Positions 11,145 through 24,527 of a stretch of 64,000 bases of DNA are shown in pieces; position 1 is the stretch's first letter; every line of letters begins with the position of its first letter. Location: positions 310,001-374,000 of the forward strand of contig MU058290.1 in assembly GCA_013265495.1 (NCBI GenBank), in the 5' to 3' direction. The position numbers and the translations under genes are program-made. This DNA is from Vicugna vicugna (lineage: Eukaryota). The notes under the pieces are model-generated. The model ran no database searches. It worked only from the letters and a program-made list of their open reading frames with translations, and was not told where the DNA came from.

Positions 11145-13005
11145 AGTTGTCTATTGATGTATAACAAGCTTAGTGGCTTAAACAGCAAATTTAGTGGACT
11201 AAAACAACACACATTTGTTATCTCAGTTTCTGTGGATCAAGAGTCCAGGCATGGACTCTATTCAGGTTCTCACAAGACTGCAGTCAAAGTGTTGACAGGA
11301 GCTGCAGTCTCATTTGAGTCTTGGCTGGGGAAGAATCTGCTTCCAAGCTCACATTGTTGTTGGCAGCATTCACTTCCAATGTCTTTTATTTTCTTTCTTT
11401 AATGGGCTACAGTTTTTAAGCATTTTTAGGTTTGTAGCAAATTTGAGAGGAGGGTGCAGAGTTTTCCTGTATATCCCTTGCCTGCACATGCATAGCCTCC
11501 CTCATTATCAACATCCCCCACCAGAGTGGTACATTTGTTACAAATGATGACACTACGTTGACACATCACTATCACCCGAAGTCCATTGTTTACATTAGGA
11601 TTCTCTCTTTGGGTTGTACATTCTGTGAGTTTGGACAAATGTATAATGACATGGAAGCAACATGATAGTATCATACAGAGTAGTTTCACTGCCTGAAAAA
11701 TCTGTGAACCACCTCCAAACCCTGGCAACCACTGATCTTTTTACTGTTTTCATAGTTTTGCCTTTTCCAGACTGTCATAATTGGAATCATACAGTTTGTA
11801 TCTTTTCAGGTTGGCTTCTTTCACTTAGTAATATGCATTTAAATTTCCTCCACGTTTTTTCATGGCTTGATAGTGTTCATTTCTTTTTAGTGTTGAATAG
11901 TGTTCTTTCATTAGATTTACCATAGTTTATTAATTTACCAATTGAAGGACATCTTGGTTGCTTCTATCTTTTGGTAGTTATGAATAAAGCTGCTATACAT
12001 ATCTGTATGCAGGACATACATTGTCAGCTCCTTTGAGTAAATACTAAGGAGCATAATTACTGGATTGTATGGTAAGAGTATGTTTATTTTTGTAAGAAAT
12101 TGCTAAACCATCTTCCTAAGTGGCTATAACATTTTGCATTCTGACCAGCAATGAATTCCTTTTGCTCTACATCTTTGCCAGCATTTGGTTTTGTCAATGT
12201 TCTGAATTTGTGTTATTCTAATATGTATATAGTGATATCTCATTATTGTTTTAATTTGCATTTTCCTGATTACATATGATGTGGAGCGTCAACGTGTAAT
12301 CTGTATATCTTCTTTGACGTAGTGTCTGTTAAAGTCTTTGACCCATTTTTAAATTGGATTGTTTTCTTATTGTTGAGTTTTAAGAGTTCTTGTGTATTTT
12401 GGATAACAGTCTTTATCAGATGTCTTTTGCAAATATTTTCTCTCAGCCTGTGGCTTGTCTTTTTCTCTTGACATTGTCTTGTGCAGAGCAGAAATTTTTT
12501 ATTTTAATGCAGTCTGGCTTACAGTTATTTCTTTCACAAATTGTGCCCTTGGTGTTGTATCTAAAAAGGCATCACTAAACCAAACCCAAGGTCATTTAGA
12601 TTTTCTCCTGTTAACTTAAAGGAATTTTATTGTTTTCATGTTTTACATTTAGATCTGTAATAAATTTCGAGTTAGTTTTTGTGAAGACTGTTAAATCTAT
12701 GTTTAGATTCATTGTGACCTCAGTATTTTGCTGGCTTTTGTCCAAAGGCTGCTGTTAGTTACTTGCCTTGTTGGCCTTCCATGAACCTGGCCACTTCTCT
12801 TCCAGCAAGAGAGAGAGTGTGCTAGTAAGACAGACCCTGTGTTCTTACGTAATGTACTCATGTAGTGATATCTTGTCATTTTTCCTGTATTCTAGTCATA
12901 GGCTCTGCCCACACTCAAGGGGAAGATATAAGTACCAGGAGGCAGGGATAATTGGCTGCTATCTTGTAATATGTTCTCCACACTGTGGATTACTTGAAAT
13001 ATAGC
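11145..13005. mobile_element. MLT1-type MaLR LTR split by an antisense L1MB-like 3' fragment (about 11390-12715)
   Basis: MLT motifs (ttagtggcttaaacagca, tctcagtttctgtggatcaagagtccaggcatgg) stop at about 11385 and resume at about 12715; L1 3'UTR/ORF2 sequence lies in between. Confidence 0.75.
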
Positions 13006-13320
13006 ATTATATTTCTTAGAAACCATTGGGCTACATGTCACTTGTTAAGGTTAGACAAATACTTCTTTTGTTGGTGTGATGGTAGTGGCTCGAGAGTATT
13101 CCTCCTGATACCTTTTCTATGCATTTAGCGACATAGTGTATTATTTTCTGTAATAACCATCCTATCGTTCATCCTAATTGCTTCTTAACCTGGTTCTAAA
13201 CTTTAAAGTAATAACATCCCAGTATGTGTGTTTTTCTTTTATTTTTGTGTTTGTATAACGTTAAATTATATAACTTTGCATTTATTACCTTAAAAATCTT
13301 TCTTTTCTCTCTTGGGACAG

Positions 13321-13654
13321 GTACACCAGGAGCGTCTCTATCAAGAATACAATTTCAGCAAGGCTGAGGGCCATCTGAAACAGATGGAGAAGATATATAC
13401 TCAGCAAATACAGAGCAAGGATATAGAATTGACCTCTATGAAAGGGGAGGTCACCTCCATGAAGAAAGTGCTTGAAGAGTACAAGAAAAAGTTCAGTGAC
13501 ATCTCTGAGAAACTTATGGAGCGAAATCGCCAGTATCAAAAGCTGCAAGGCCTCTATGATAGCCTTAGGCTACGAAATATCACTATTGCTAATCAAGAAG
13601 GCACCCTGGAACCATCCATGATTGCACAGTCTGGTGTTTTTGGCTTCCCATTAG
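13321..13654 (+). CDS. CCNB1IP1: CCNB1IP1 coding exon 2 (coiled coil)
   Basis: VHQERLYQEYNFSKAEGHLKQMEK...GVFGFPL; ggacag| acceptor, ttag|gtaaga donor; phase 0 to phase 1. Confidence 0.98.
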
Positions 13655-13939
13655 GTAAGAAAGGACATGTGATGTCCAATATCCAGTTTTTAAATCAGTC
13701 ATTTTTCTCACTGTGCTCTGCATAGTTCCAAGCAGTTAGTGGAGATTCCAGAGACCTGGAGTGGTAGTAGGCTCTAGGTTGGTTCTCATCTATGTCTTGA
13801 TCTGCACATCATTACTTTTATCTATTTTATTTGCTTACATTTAAGTTGCATCTTCAATTTGAATAGAGAGTAAGACTGTCCAAATTAAAATTTGCAGATT
13901 GACACTTCAAATGAAAAACTATTGAGTTGCAGTAACAAT

Positions 13940-14120
13940 AATATTAACTGCCACTTACTGATTCCTTACTAAGTGCTAGGCACTGTTATAATTTTACATG
14001 TGTTTGTGTTATTTTCAAAACTTCATGAGATAGGTATTATTATGATCACCCCTATTTTATAGATGAGTAAACTGAGGCACAGAAAGTTTAAATAAATCGG
14101 TCAAGGTCACAGAGCTATCT
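13940..14120 (-). mobile_element. MIR SINE
   Basis: catttactgattccttactaagtgctaggcactg...cctattttatagatgagtaaactgaggcacagaaag...tcaaggtcacagagct. Confidence 0.75.
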
Positions 14121-15491
14121 TCAGAGCCCACAATCTATTTGCCATTTTTCGAGAAGGCCATGTTTTAGTTTCTTTCACATGGAAATACTGATTGTACAGT
14201 TCTTAAGTTACTGTCAGTTGTTTGATTTGTTTGTTCTTTTGTTTATTCACTCATACATTCATCAAATATTTATCAAACATGTTTCACATGCCAGGCTACT
14301 AGGCATAATTCTAGGCAATGAGGATATAAGGATTATCCAGATAGGATTCCTGCCTTCTGGAAATGCACAATCTAGTATGATACTAGCTTTTCTTCTTGTT
14401 AGGTGCCTTGTTAGATGCAGTGAATCTCATATTTCTTCCTGAGTTCTCCCCTTTCTACTCTTCTTGGTATAGCAGAATCCAGTAGGTTTTTACTATGCTA
14501 TTAATAAATAATTTGGGGCACATAAAAAAGTAAAGCTTCTTGTGCTGTATTTTCCTAAACACTCATTTTTTTGAAATTTATTATGGGCCAAGGAAAAAGA
14601 TTCAGTCGGGAAGGAGATGATGTCCTAGAGAAGGCATGAAGTAATGAGATGAAGCATATCAGATATGAGAATTGAAACAAAAACAAGTTTCTGCTTAACT
14701 TTCAGTTAATCTAATTTAGTAGATCAAAGTGGTACTGTATATGGATATTGTAGATGTTCTCATTTTTTCCTTGTCACTATCCACATTTATTTCGCTTTCT
14801 TTCATTTTTACCAGTTCTTTCCTATTCCTCTTTTTGTGCACATTTACCTTTTTTTACCTCTTGCTACCATTATTGGCTTGAAGCAGATATATTCAACATT
14901 CTCCTTTAGTTATGTGTTTCCTTTAAAACCTGTAGAAGCCAAGGAATGGTTCAGAGGAAGTTGTTAAATGCTTATTTAATCAGGTCTATTGTGTAATTTT
15001 TCTAAAGGCTATTCTAAATGATCTTGGGTCATGAATACGTGCCAGGATTTCATAGTTGTTATATAGTTTTTAATGTTTATAGAAATCTAAAAAAAATTTA
15101 TCCTTAAAGAACCTGGGACAAGTTTATACACAAACACACACACACGAATATATATGATATCCCTTTGACATAGATTAAGTAGATAACAAATGAATAAAAT
15201 CATGATACTGTAAATTCTAGTTCTACTAAAATATTTCATTGTGTCTAATTACTTTGGTGATGAGGTAATGGCTGTCATTGGAAACTGCACACAGAAGAAA
15301 GTATGATATGTATACTGTGGTCAGGAGAAGAGGCCATCATAGCCCTTTTCTTTATCCAACATTAGGTTTATGTTTTATCCATCTCATAGGAGTTGAGTTC
15401 TGGTAAAATATTTATGGAATGACTTTGTCTTTTTGTTCCAAAAGATCTGTAAGGAAATAGATGCTTAAGTTCTTCCCTTATTTTCTCCTAG

Positions 15492-15694
15492 GGAACAACT
15501 CCAAGTTTCCTTTGGATAGTACACCCGTTCGAAATCGAGGTGGTGGAGATGGTGATTTTCAGTTCAGACCGTTTTTTGTGGGTTCTCCCACAGCGCCTGA
15601 ACCCAGCAACAGCTTTTTCAGTTTTGCCTCCCCAAGTCGTGAGTTAGAGCAGCAGCAAGTCTCTAGCAGGGCCTTTAAAGTAAAAAGAATTTAG
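15492..15694 (+). CDS. CCNB1IP1: CCNB1IP1 coding exon 3
   Basis: (G)NNSKFPLDSTPVRNRG...SSRAFKVKRI*; acceptor ttttctcctag|, TAG at 15692-15694. Confidence 0.98.
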
Positions 15695-15908
15695 CTCACC
15701 TTACAGAAGTTTCTCTGTTAACTTTCAGTGATTTCATTTCACAGATAATCTTTATTCTAGGTAGGAGTCACCAACCTCCATGTGTTTGCTATTGAGTCTT
15801 TGAAATTATCTTCACATTTTCAACTTATAAGAAACTCAGTGTCAGTGGGGGTTAGCTTTAGAGTCTGGTTTCTTACTCTGTTTCTATTATTTAAGGCATG
15901 AGCATTTG

Positions 15909-15914
15909 ATTAAA
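15909..15914 (+). terminator. Candidate CCNB1IP1 poly(A) signal ATTAAA (alternative AATAAA 16387-16392)
   Basis: Hexamers in the 3'UTR followed by T-rich sequence. Confidence 0.45.
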
Positions 15915-18149
15915 CTCAATTTTATTATGAACTGTCAAGTTTTCACCAGCAGTGAAAAGCTTACAGTATTATTGGGTGTTTTGTAGATCGCCATTCGTTT
16001 CTGTCTAGGATATTTCTGACTGAGACATGTTTAAGCATAAATATATAAGCACCTATGTCATATGTCAGCATGTCACTTTGGGTTCTGGTATTTATACGTG
16101 CATGTGTATGTATGTTCCTTTACATTGATATTTTGCTATATTTGACAGTATATTTATGTGAAGATTTTGGTTTTAGGAAATGGTGAATCTGTAGCTTGTT
16201 ATTTGGGTGTGTACAGTTATTTGTATACATTTAATGCATTTGCCCTTGTATTAACTCATTTGGAGGTGTTCTCATGTCAATGAATGAGGGTACAATTTGA
16301 GGCATGTATGTATGTTCTGTTCCTGTTTAATGATTCACACTGATAAAGCTATTTTGTGAAGTTGATATTTTGGCATTTATTTTAAAATAAAATTACCTCT
16401 TTCTTTACTCTTTTGCTTGCTGTTGCCCTGGGTCACTTATTTAGGAATGCACTTCTGCAGAAAACTTACCAATATGTTATTGATCTCAAGAGATTATATT
16501 AAAATACTTTAAAAGATATATTCCTTGTTTGTCTTTATTAAACAGTGATCATTTCTGACTACTATCACAGAAAACTTATTTAAAATGTAGAGCCAAGGAA
16601 GAGATTTGAAGGACATTTTCAGTAACTTTCCATCCTGTTAGGGGCAAGACTTGAAATCATACTGGTTGCATAGGCAGAACATCAACGTTCTAGTTACAGT
16701 TTTTTTTTTTCATATGTTTGTTGTGCAAGGTTGAGTTTAAACTTGCCTTTGTAGCTACATCTGTAAAGTGAGGTATTGAATTAAGTTATCCTTACAGCCT
16801 TTTTTAACTCTTAGATTTTATGATTTATTGTTGGAGGCTTGGGAAGAACTACAATGGAATTACCCTAAATGCCAGATACCATTGTTTTGTAGGTAATAAA
16901 CTCATACTGAAATCATTTGAGGATGTTTTACATTCAGTCATTGCAGAAAGGCAAGTGAATACCCTTGCTTTACATAATTTAATAGCAAGCAAGTAATGTT
17001 TTCTTCTTTAGGGGTATATAATATAAAGTCTCTTCAAAAATATTTTTTACTGTACCCTGAAGTTTTCAACCTTTTATGGTGTCTGAGAAAGAGGATGAAA
17101 AAATCATGACATAAAAGTTTTAAAACATTCCTATTTCATCACTCATTACACAGATTTTATAGATTACAAAATTTTTTCTCCCCTATACAGTTTTAAATTT
17201 TGTTGGAAAGTAGTTTGAAGAAATAATTTTATGTGGATTTATGATTTCTCCCCTGAATCTTTGCTTCCTCCTTTGTCAGGTTCACAAAATCAATCTGAAG
17301 TACAAGTAAGCTATAATTAAAACTAAAATTAAAATGTAAAGAAAAACTGGTGGACTATTACATGATACTTTTTTAAAAAGTTATTTATTGAAGAGTTTAA
17401 TACATTCACATGGTACAAATTCAAAAGTTACAAAAAAGGTATACAGTGAAAATTCTACCATTTACCCCTGTCCCCCAACCACTCACTTCCCCTTTCTGGA
17501 AGCAATTACTGTTGCTAGTGTCGTGTGCCTCTTTCAGAGATAGTCTTTTTTATTTAAAATAATTTTTTATTTAAAAATTATGTTTATCTTTGACTAGTTA
17601 ATACATGCACATGATAAAAATTCAAAAGTGTACACAGTGCAATGTTCTTTGCCTATTGACAACACTCAATCCCCCTGTCTCCCTCTCTAGAGACAGTCAT
17701 TGTTTTTCGTACCCTTCGGGATATAGTCTATCAGTATATAAGCATTATTAGTGTACTAATATATATATACTATTAGTGTATTAGTGATGGCTTTCATAAT
17801 GCCATCCTAAGTGTAGTTAAATAGATTTATTAGGATGGTGTTCAAAATTATAAAATTGCTTGTGTATAGAAAATCACTATAAAGTCTGGAAAACATTCAG
17901 ACAAATTAAATTACCTTACCATTGTACTAAACTTCCTTCAAAATTTTAAACTTATAACACTGGCGTCTACTATTTTAATCTGTCTTCTTTTGGGTATTAT
18001 AATCTTGGTATAAGTAAACAGGCAGATATGAAACAAAATATGCATGAACCAAGATGAGAACGTTGTTTCCAGGATTTGGAGAAGAAACAAGTTTATGAAC
18101 TCAGAAGTAATTACAGACCAGGTCCTTGAGCTATACGGATTGGATTAAG

Positions 18150-18600
18150 TTGGTTTGGAGCGACGCCGTTCCTTGAAAACCAGCCCCTTTCCTCAGGTGC
18201 AGTTAAGCCTCCAGACCTCTAGATGTCGCTGTGGCTCCACGATGGGGGTAGGTGTGAGTCTCTGTGGTTATAAAGTTAGGGGCGGAGAAGCCGAGGGCGG
18301 CTGGGAAATGATGGCTGATGAAGAGGAAGAAGTCAGGGAGATCGTGCAGAAATTGCAGGTGGGGCCAAAGGTTAAAACCTGTTTCTGCGTTTGTTACTTG
18401 GGAAGAAGTAGAGAGCCCAGTTTATGCAGTACCAGTGAATTCCTTGGCATATTCCGGACGCTGCTTGTGTCCGTGTGGTTACTGTAACTACTCTCGAAGG
18501 TGCAGCCGCAGCCTGCTAGGGGAGCCCCGCGGACTAGGGGAGGGACGCAACCCGTGTGTGTTGGGAACTCCTGCTGCTGACCTGACTGCTCTCAGTTTCA
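18150..18600 (+). promoter_or_regulatory. TTC5: TTC5 promoter, weak CpG island
   Basis: CpG-enriched; TATAAA 18269-18274 and two GGGCGG boxes just upstream of the ATG. Confidence 0.7.
18308..18358 (+). CDS. TTC5: TTC5 (STRAP) exon 1
   Basis: MMADEEEEVREIVQKLQ, donor cag|gtgggg. Ten exons sum to 1323 nt = 440 aa with consistent phases. Confidence 0.96.
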
Positions 18601-20087
18601 GTCCTGCAGGGAGGAGGATTTGCTGCTCCTAACTTTATTCCTGTGCATTCTTAGAGACTTTTTTCCTGGATTCACCCATAACAAATAGCATACACTTGTG
18701 TATGGCAGATCTGCAGGAGCTAATATCTGTCACATGTTTTGATCGCCACAAAGGCCCTTTCTTCATTACTTTTCTGTTTTTAAATTGACAACAATCACAG
18801 TAATGCCTTGAACCGCATGTATTCTGGTTATTCCCCTTAGAATTTGACAGTTTTGATTTTTTTCGCCTACTGTGCAATTCCAGTTTGGGGTCTGATGCAG
18901 AGGGCTCCAGACTCCACCCAGTCCGTAGTTGACCGTGGTGACTGGAACAGTCTTGTACTTGGTAGGTAGGAGCTAACTTATTACTTGGCTCTTTATCTTT
19001 CTTTTAATAACCGAAGGTTTTTCTTAAACTTCAGAAACTCAGTTCTTTGAGTTCTAAGATAGACAGATTTAAACATTAGACTTATGACGGGCTTCTAAAC
19101 TTTCTTAAAGGCTTCTACTGCAAAAGTTTAAACTTTGGTGAGATTTGGCTTTTTTTTTTTTTTGAGATTTGTTTCTTGAGCAGATTAAAATAATAACATA
19201 TTTTTAAAGTGTGAGCTTTATCCCACATCCAGTTGACTTGGATTAATTTAATTTTATTCCTTAGTGTGACTGACAGAAATCAGAGATTATCAATCTTGGC
19301 TCCATATTATAAACATTGTGTGTGTATGTATATTTGTATATGTGTAGAAAAAAACCTGAAAAGGTAAACCAAACAGTAGTTATCACTGAGGTTATTGGTG
19401 TGATTACAAGGAATTTTTACTTTGTGTTTTTCACATGTACCTATTTGGATTTTAACAACTTATATATATAGATTTTGGTGAGAAGAAAGTTATTAAAAAT
19501 GTTTACTCCAGCAAAACAAACCAACAACAAATCCATACAATTTTGTGCATGTTTGCTGTAACAGGTTAAAAAGAGTAAGACCTCTATAATTCTTATAATT
19601 CAAAAGGAAATGGGTTGTAATTTTTGCTGAGAACTGTATTTTCCCGCTTTCATTTGTGATAGATGCCCTGAGCCGCTAGGTGCAGGATACTTGGGATATC
19701 TTGAAGGTGGTGGGGAAGGTGCAGAAATGGAATAGGGGAATGGAGTAGAGAGAGGAAAAGGATAGTGGTGTTGCTATTCATGAGGATGGTGATAAGCTTT
19801 ATTACGTTGTTATAGACATTTTAGGGTAGAAGGAATGTAAAAAGGGTATTTCTCAAAGTGTGTTTTATAGATCATTTTTATTAAAGTCATATAGGGTGCT
19901 TGTTCAAATACTGAATTTTGAGTTCTGCTAGAACTACTAAAGTCAGAATCTCTGTAGGCTGGGTCCTAGAAGTAATACACACAATAAAACTTGAAAAGCA
20001 TGGTTGCAAGAGGTGCTTGTCTAATTTCATTCCGGGTAGGATTTTAAATTAAGTATAGTACATAAGTAGTTGTTAGAGAAAGGGAGA

Positions 20088-20830
20088 TTCATTAGTTAAT
20101 GAGAGCTTATCATGTCCGAGGCCCTGTTGTAGTGCTCAGGTGTAGCTCTAAACGAAACAGATTAAGACCCTCTCATCATGGAGTTTACATTCCAGTGGTG
20201 GAGACAGAAAAGGAACAATTAATGCACAGGCCACATAATTTCAAATAAGTGCAATGAAGGAAAATAGAAGTGTGATTTAACAGTGGCGCAGAGGAGGAAG
20301 GGTTACTTTTGTTGGAGTAGTCAGGGAAAGCCTCTCTGAGAAGTTCACATTTTAACTGAGATCTAAATAATGATAAGGAATGAGCCCTGCAAAAGTCTGG
20401 GGAAAGAGTAGCCAAGCAGAGGGAACAGCATGTGTGAAGTGGGATTGTGCTTAGCAGATTTGAGGAACTGAGTGAAAGCCACTGTGGCTTGAGTTTTATA
20501 GGAGGGAGAGTGGCAGGAAGTGAAGTTTGTGGTGGGGTGCATAGTGGGAGGTCAGATCATACAGTCTTCTAGGCCATAATAAGGAGCTGGATTTTATTCT
20601 GACCGCAGTGGGAAACTATCTGAGGATTTGTGATATGATGTACATTTGTGTAAGGTCACTCCAACTATAGTGAGGAGAATGGGAAAGAGAAATAAGATGA
20701 ATTTAGAAGCAATTGAAATGGTTCGGGCAAATAATGATGCTGATTTAGTTGAAGATAGTCCTAGAGAGGTGAAGACAGGCGGATGGATTTGGGATGTGCT
20801 GTGGAGGTCATTGATAAGACTTGGTAGGAT
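20088..20830 (-). mobile_element. L2 LINE 3' fragment
   Basis: tcagggaaagcctctctgagaagttcacattttaactgagatct...ggccataataaggagctggattttattct is antisense L2. Confidence 0.75.
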
Positions 20831-21573
20831 TGGATTATACCTGTCTGCTGCTGTTTTGTTTTAGGAAAGAATAGATAATGGAAAAGCTTTGACTGGTGTC
20901 ACAGGAAGACTCAGAGGTAGAGATATTTAAGAGGAAAGAGAACATCTACTTGTAAACAGTGCAAGAGAGCCAGAAGGTGACTTAACAAAACAAAGGAAAC
21001 AAACAAAAAAAACCTACAAGAAACAAAACTGCAAAAAACACCAAGTTTATCAAGGTTAAGTCAGTTTGTTGTGGAAAACGACTCTCACATGTTTATGTTC
21101 ACAAAGGTCATGTATTTTCAGATACTGGCATAGGGAAAATGAGGCATAAGGGATTGTTTTTGTGAGGAAGTCCAGTTTTAAGGGTAAATTCCAAAGTTTT
21201 ATACTTTGGGGATCAGTACCAGTTAGGATGATCTTATTAACTTTGTTTTATCTCAAGTTGCAAAGTGTTTCCTCCCTCTTGACTATAGTATGTGAAATGC
21301 TTAGTCATATTGGAAGCTCTGTTGGGACTGGGAGATAAAGAACTAACATCATGGTATATAGGCTGGCTTGGAATAATGAGAGTGGGCTGGGACACTGGCT
21401 ACTTTCCCTCATGCCCTATGGGATTTTGATAGACCTGTCTATGTGCCTCTTGTCATTCCTAGGTGGGATAGAGAATCAGCATTTCTAGGCCAGAAGCTGG
21501 TATGGCTAGCCAGTCTCAAATTTACTTGTCTGGTATCCTCTCCACTTAACAGCACCATCCTTATACTTCCTAG

Positions 21574-21706
21574 GAACTGGTGGATCAGCTCTATTCATTT
21601 CGAGAGTGCTATTTCGAGACACATAGTGTTGAGGATGCTGGGAGGAAGCAACAGGATGTGCGGGAGGAGATGGAGAAGACCCTGCAGCAGATGGAGGAAG
21701 TAGTGG
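21574..21706 (+). CDS. TTC5: TTC5 exon 2
   Basis: [44 protein letters not shown]; cctag| and g|gtatga. Confidence 0.96.
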
Positions 21707-22600
21707 GTATGAGTCCCAAAAGAGCATGCAACCTCCGGCCCCTCACTGAAATGTAATGGAGTTTTGCTCACTTTCTGTTAGACTCTTCGATGTCCTATCT
21801 GTGGCTGTTACAAGATGGTACTACAGAATATCTCTTCCAAGGGCGCCTGTGCAGGATGGCAACCTTTCGATTCCCTAAACTCCATTTCCAAATGCCATGA
21901 AATAAAAGAGCGTACTTGTTGCTTGATTACTATTGCTTAACTGACCTTTTTGTCTCTAATTTCTTTTACTTCCAGATCAACTTAAATAATGACCATGGTC
22001 ATTATCTTTCTAAATCACTACTTCATGCATTTAATTGCATCCTTTTGTCTGCTTCTTTGCTTAAGTATCTTCAAAGATTCCTACTATTGACTGGCTGAAG
22101 TTCAAACCCCTTCCCCTGGTATTCAAGTCTATATTCTCTGACTTTTTTTCCCCCCTACCCTTATCTCTGACTATTTACAGAGGAATTTGTTTCATTCATG
22201 TTGAACCATTCATTCATGCCACATGTATTTCTGCCTTTGTTTACATCATTTTTCTCCCTGGAATGTCTTGTCTTTCTCCTCACTTTTTAAAGTCCACTCA
22301 TTGGGTGTATGCCATATGCTTCTTTTCACTGTTGTTTTAATTCTCTATGTATATGCTTTGTCCTCTCCACTAGATTGTAGGCCCTTCAAAGGTGGGATGA
22401 TGCTTTCTCTGTTACCCTGCTTTCTAACATAGAACTCTGTATATGGTAGTTTTTCAATAAATGGTTTGATCACAAAGATTTTCCTCAACTGTTTGATTCC
22501 TAGAGCTGGCATGGGGTTATTCCTTGAGAGAAAGTACCCTGGTCTTACCTGTAAGACTGCCTGAGTTTCCACTTTCCTTTATCTTTTCCCTTCCTCCTAG

Positions 22601-22812
22601 GTTCTGTCCAGGGCAAGGCACAGGTTCTGATGCTAACTGGGAAGGCACTGAATGTGACTCCTGACTATAGCCCTAAGGCTGAGGAGCTTCTATCAAAGGC
22701 TGTGAAGCTGGAGCCCAAGCTGGTGGAAGCCTGGAACCAGCTGGGTGAGGTGTACTGGAAGAAAGGGGATGTTGCCGCTGCCCACACCTGCTTCTCAGGA
22801 GCCCTCACCCAT
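22601..22812 (+). CDS. TTC5: TTC5 exon 3 (TPR)
   Basis: [38 protein letters not shown]...FSGALTH; canonical splice sites. Confidence 0.97.
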
Positions 22813-23202
22813 GTGAGCCGCCCACTGTGCCCTCAGAAAACACAGATGGGAAGGATGGGATTTCTTTGGTTCTGTGAGTTTCCCTAGGACATGAATACCA
22901 GAGTGGAACTGTAATTGGAACTAGGAGAACAGAATCAGAAGGGAGGAATGGTCAGGGAGCAGACCTGGATGAGGAGAACAGGGGCAGGGACCTGAGAAAG
23001 GAAGAGGAAGATGGGATCAGGGTCAGGGTAGATGAGAAGTGAAGTTAGCAGCCAAGCTGCTCCTTGTAGATGGGGGTCCAAGATACAGATGGCAATAAAA
23101 ATTAAGATGAAAAATTAGGTTTAGAAGAAGATTGAGAAAGAATAGACCTGGAAAGAGGAAATAGAGTCAGGAAGGTTGAGTGTATGCCTTCTTCATTTGC
23201 AG

Positions 23203-23353
23203 TGCAAGAACAAAGTCTCCCTTCAAAACCTGTCAATGGTGCTTCGCCAGCTGCGGACTGACTCTGGAGATGAACATTCTCGCCACGTCATGGACAGCGT
23301 CCGACAGGCTAAATTGGCTGTGCAGATGGACATCCTTGATGGCCGCTCCTGGT
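23203..23353 (+). CDS. TTC5: TTC5 exon 4 (TPR, includes R147)
   Basis: [19 protein letters not shown]...DGRSW; tttgcag| and t|gtgagt. Confidence 0.97.
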
Positions 23354-23759
23354 GTGAGTGCTCTCAAAAGATCTCATCAGGTTTCTAGAGCAGTGGTTCT
23401 CAGCTGTGGTTGCACACCAGGATTACCTGGAGCCCATCTATTGACTCTTATGTGTGAAGCCAGGGCATCTTTGCTTTGAAGAAGCCCGAAAGGTGTTTTG
23501 AAGAACCACTATTCTAGGAACTCTTGGATCTTTTCATCTAGGAGAGGAGGCTTATGTTTTCACATAAGCAAGCCAGGGCCTTTGTGCAGTCTTGGAATTT
23601 CTCTTCTGGGTCCATGTTTGCCTCTTATCCCAGTGGAATTTGGGGTATACTAAGTATAGTATAGTGTCATCGCTGTTTGTTTCAGACATGAGGCCTTTTT
23701 ATAGACTTTTGAGGGTGACCAAAATAGTTATACTTTGAACTTGGGTTCTGAGATGATCC

Positions 23760-24420
23760 ATCACTGTGTTTCTTAGTTTTTTCCCCCAGCCCTTTGGTGG
23801 GACAGGATGGTTAGAGTGGGCTGGAGTTGTGCATTTCCCTTCTCCCTTATGGAAGACTGGAACCAGCTGGAGTTGGTTATTTCCCTTCCTTAGGTCAGTT
23901 ATGTTCTGATGATATCCCAGCAGGTTAGGCTCTGGTTAACTAGTTTCTCCTGACGGCAAGCCTTGTTAAGAGTGGAGTGCTCTAGCATATTTCAGAATGT
24001 GTCCTTTGTGCCCTCTGCTGGAAGTATGAGGGTATTTTTCTCTGATATTTGCTGTGGGAAACTGGTCGAGCCCTGGAGGTAAAGCTCACAATATTGCAAG
24101 GGCTTCCTTATGACTGGGACCACTGGAGTTTTTAACTCCCAGGCTTGTCTGCACTGAGCCTCCAGAGTTTGTCAATTACAGTTCAGGTTTTCCTACCCCA
24201 GCACTGCGCCTGTGGCAGCTTGTGAGTTTCTGCTCCGGGAATCTGTAACTCCCTGTATTTGCCTGTCTATTTACCCAGTTTTGGGGGCAGCGGTTTGCCC
24301 TGTGTTGTCCTCTTTCTTACGCATCTGAGAAGAGCTGTGGATTTTTTAGTCTGTTCAGCTTTTTACTTATTTGAATAGAGCGGCAACTTCAGGCTCCTTT
24401 CATGCAGAAACAGAAACCCT
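23760..24420 (-). mobile_element. Old L1 5'-region fragment
   Basis: gggacaggatggttagagtgggctggagttg...ttttgggggcagcggtttgccctgtg resembles L1M 5' sequence; by-eye call. Confidence 0.5.
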
Positions 24421-24435
24421 GTGTTACTCTTTCAG

Positions 24436-24527
24436 ATATTCTGGGGAATGCATATCTGTCTCTCTACTTCAACACTGGCCAGAACCCTAAGATCTCCCAG
24501 CAAGCCCTCAGTGCCTATGCCCAAGCA
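24436..24527 (+). CDS. TTC5: TTC5 exon 5
   Basis: [31 protein letters not shown]; ctttcag| and gca|gtaagt. Confidence 0.97.

Noticed and set aside
21463..21499. Possible 37-nt poison exon upstream of TTC5 exon 2
   Set aside because: Only generic AG/GT signals, and it would leave a 74-nt intron; insufficient support.
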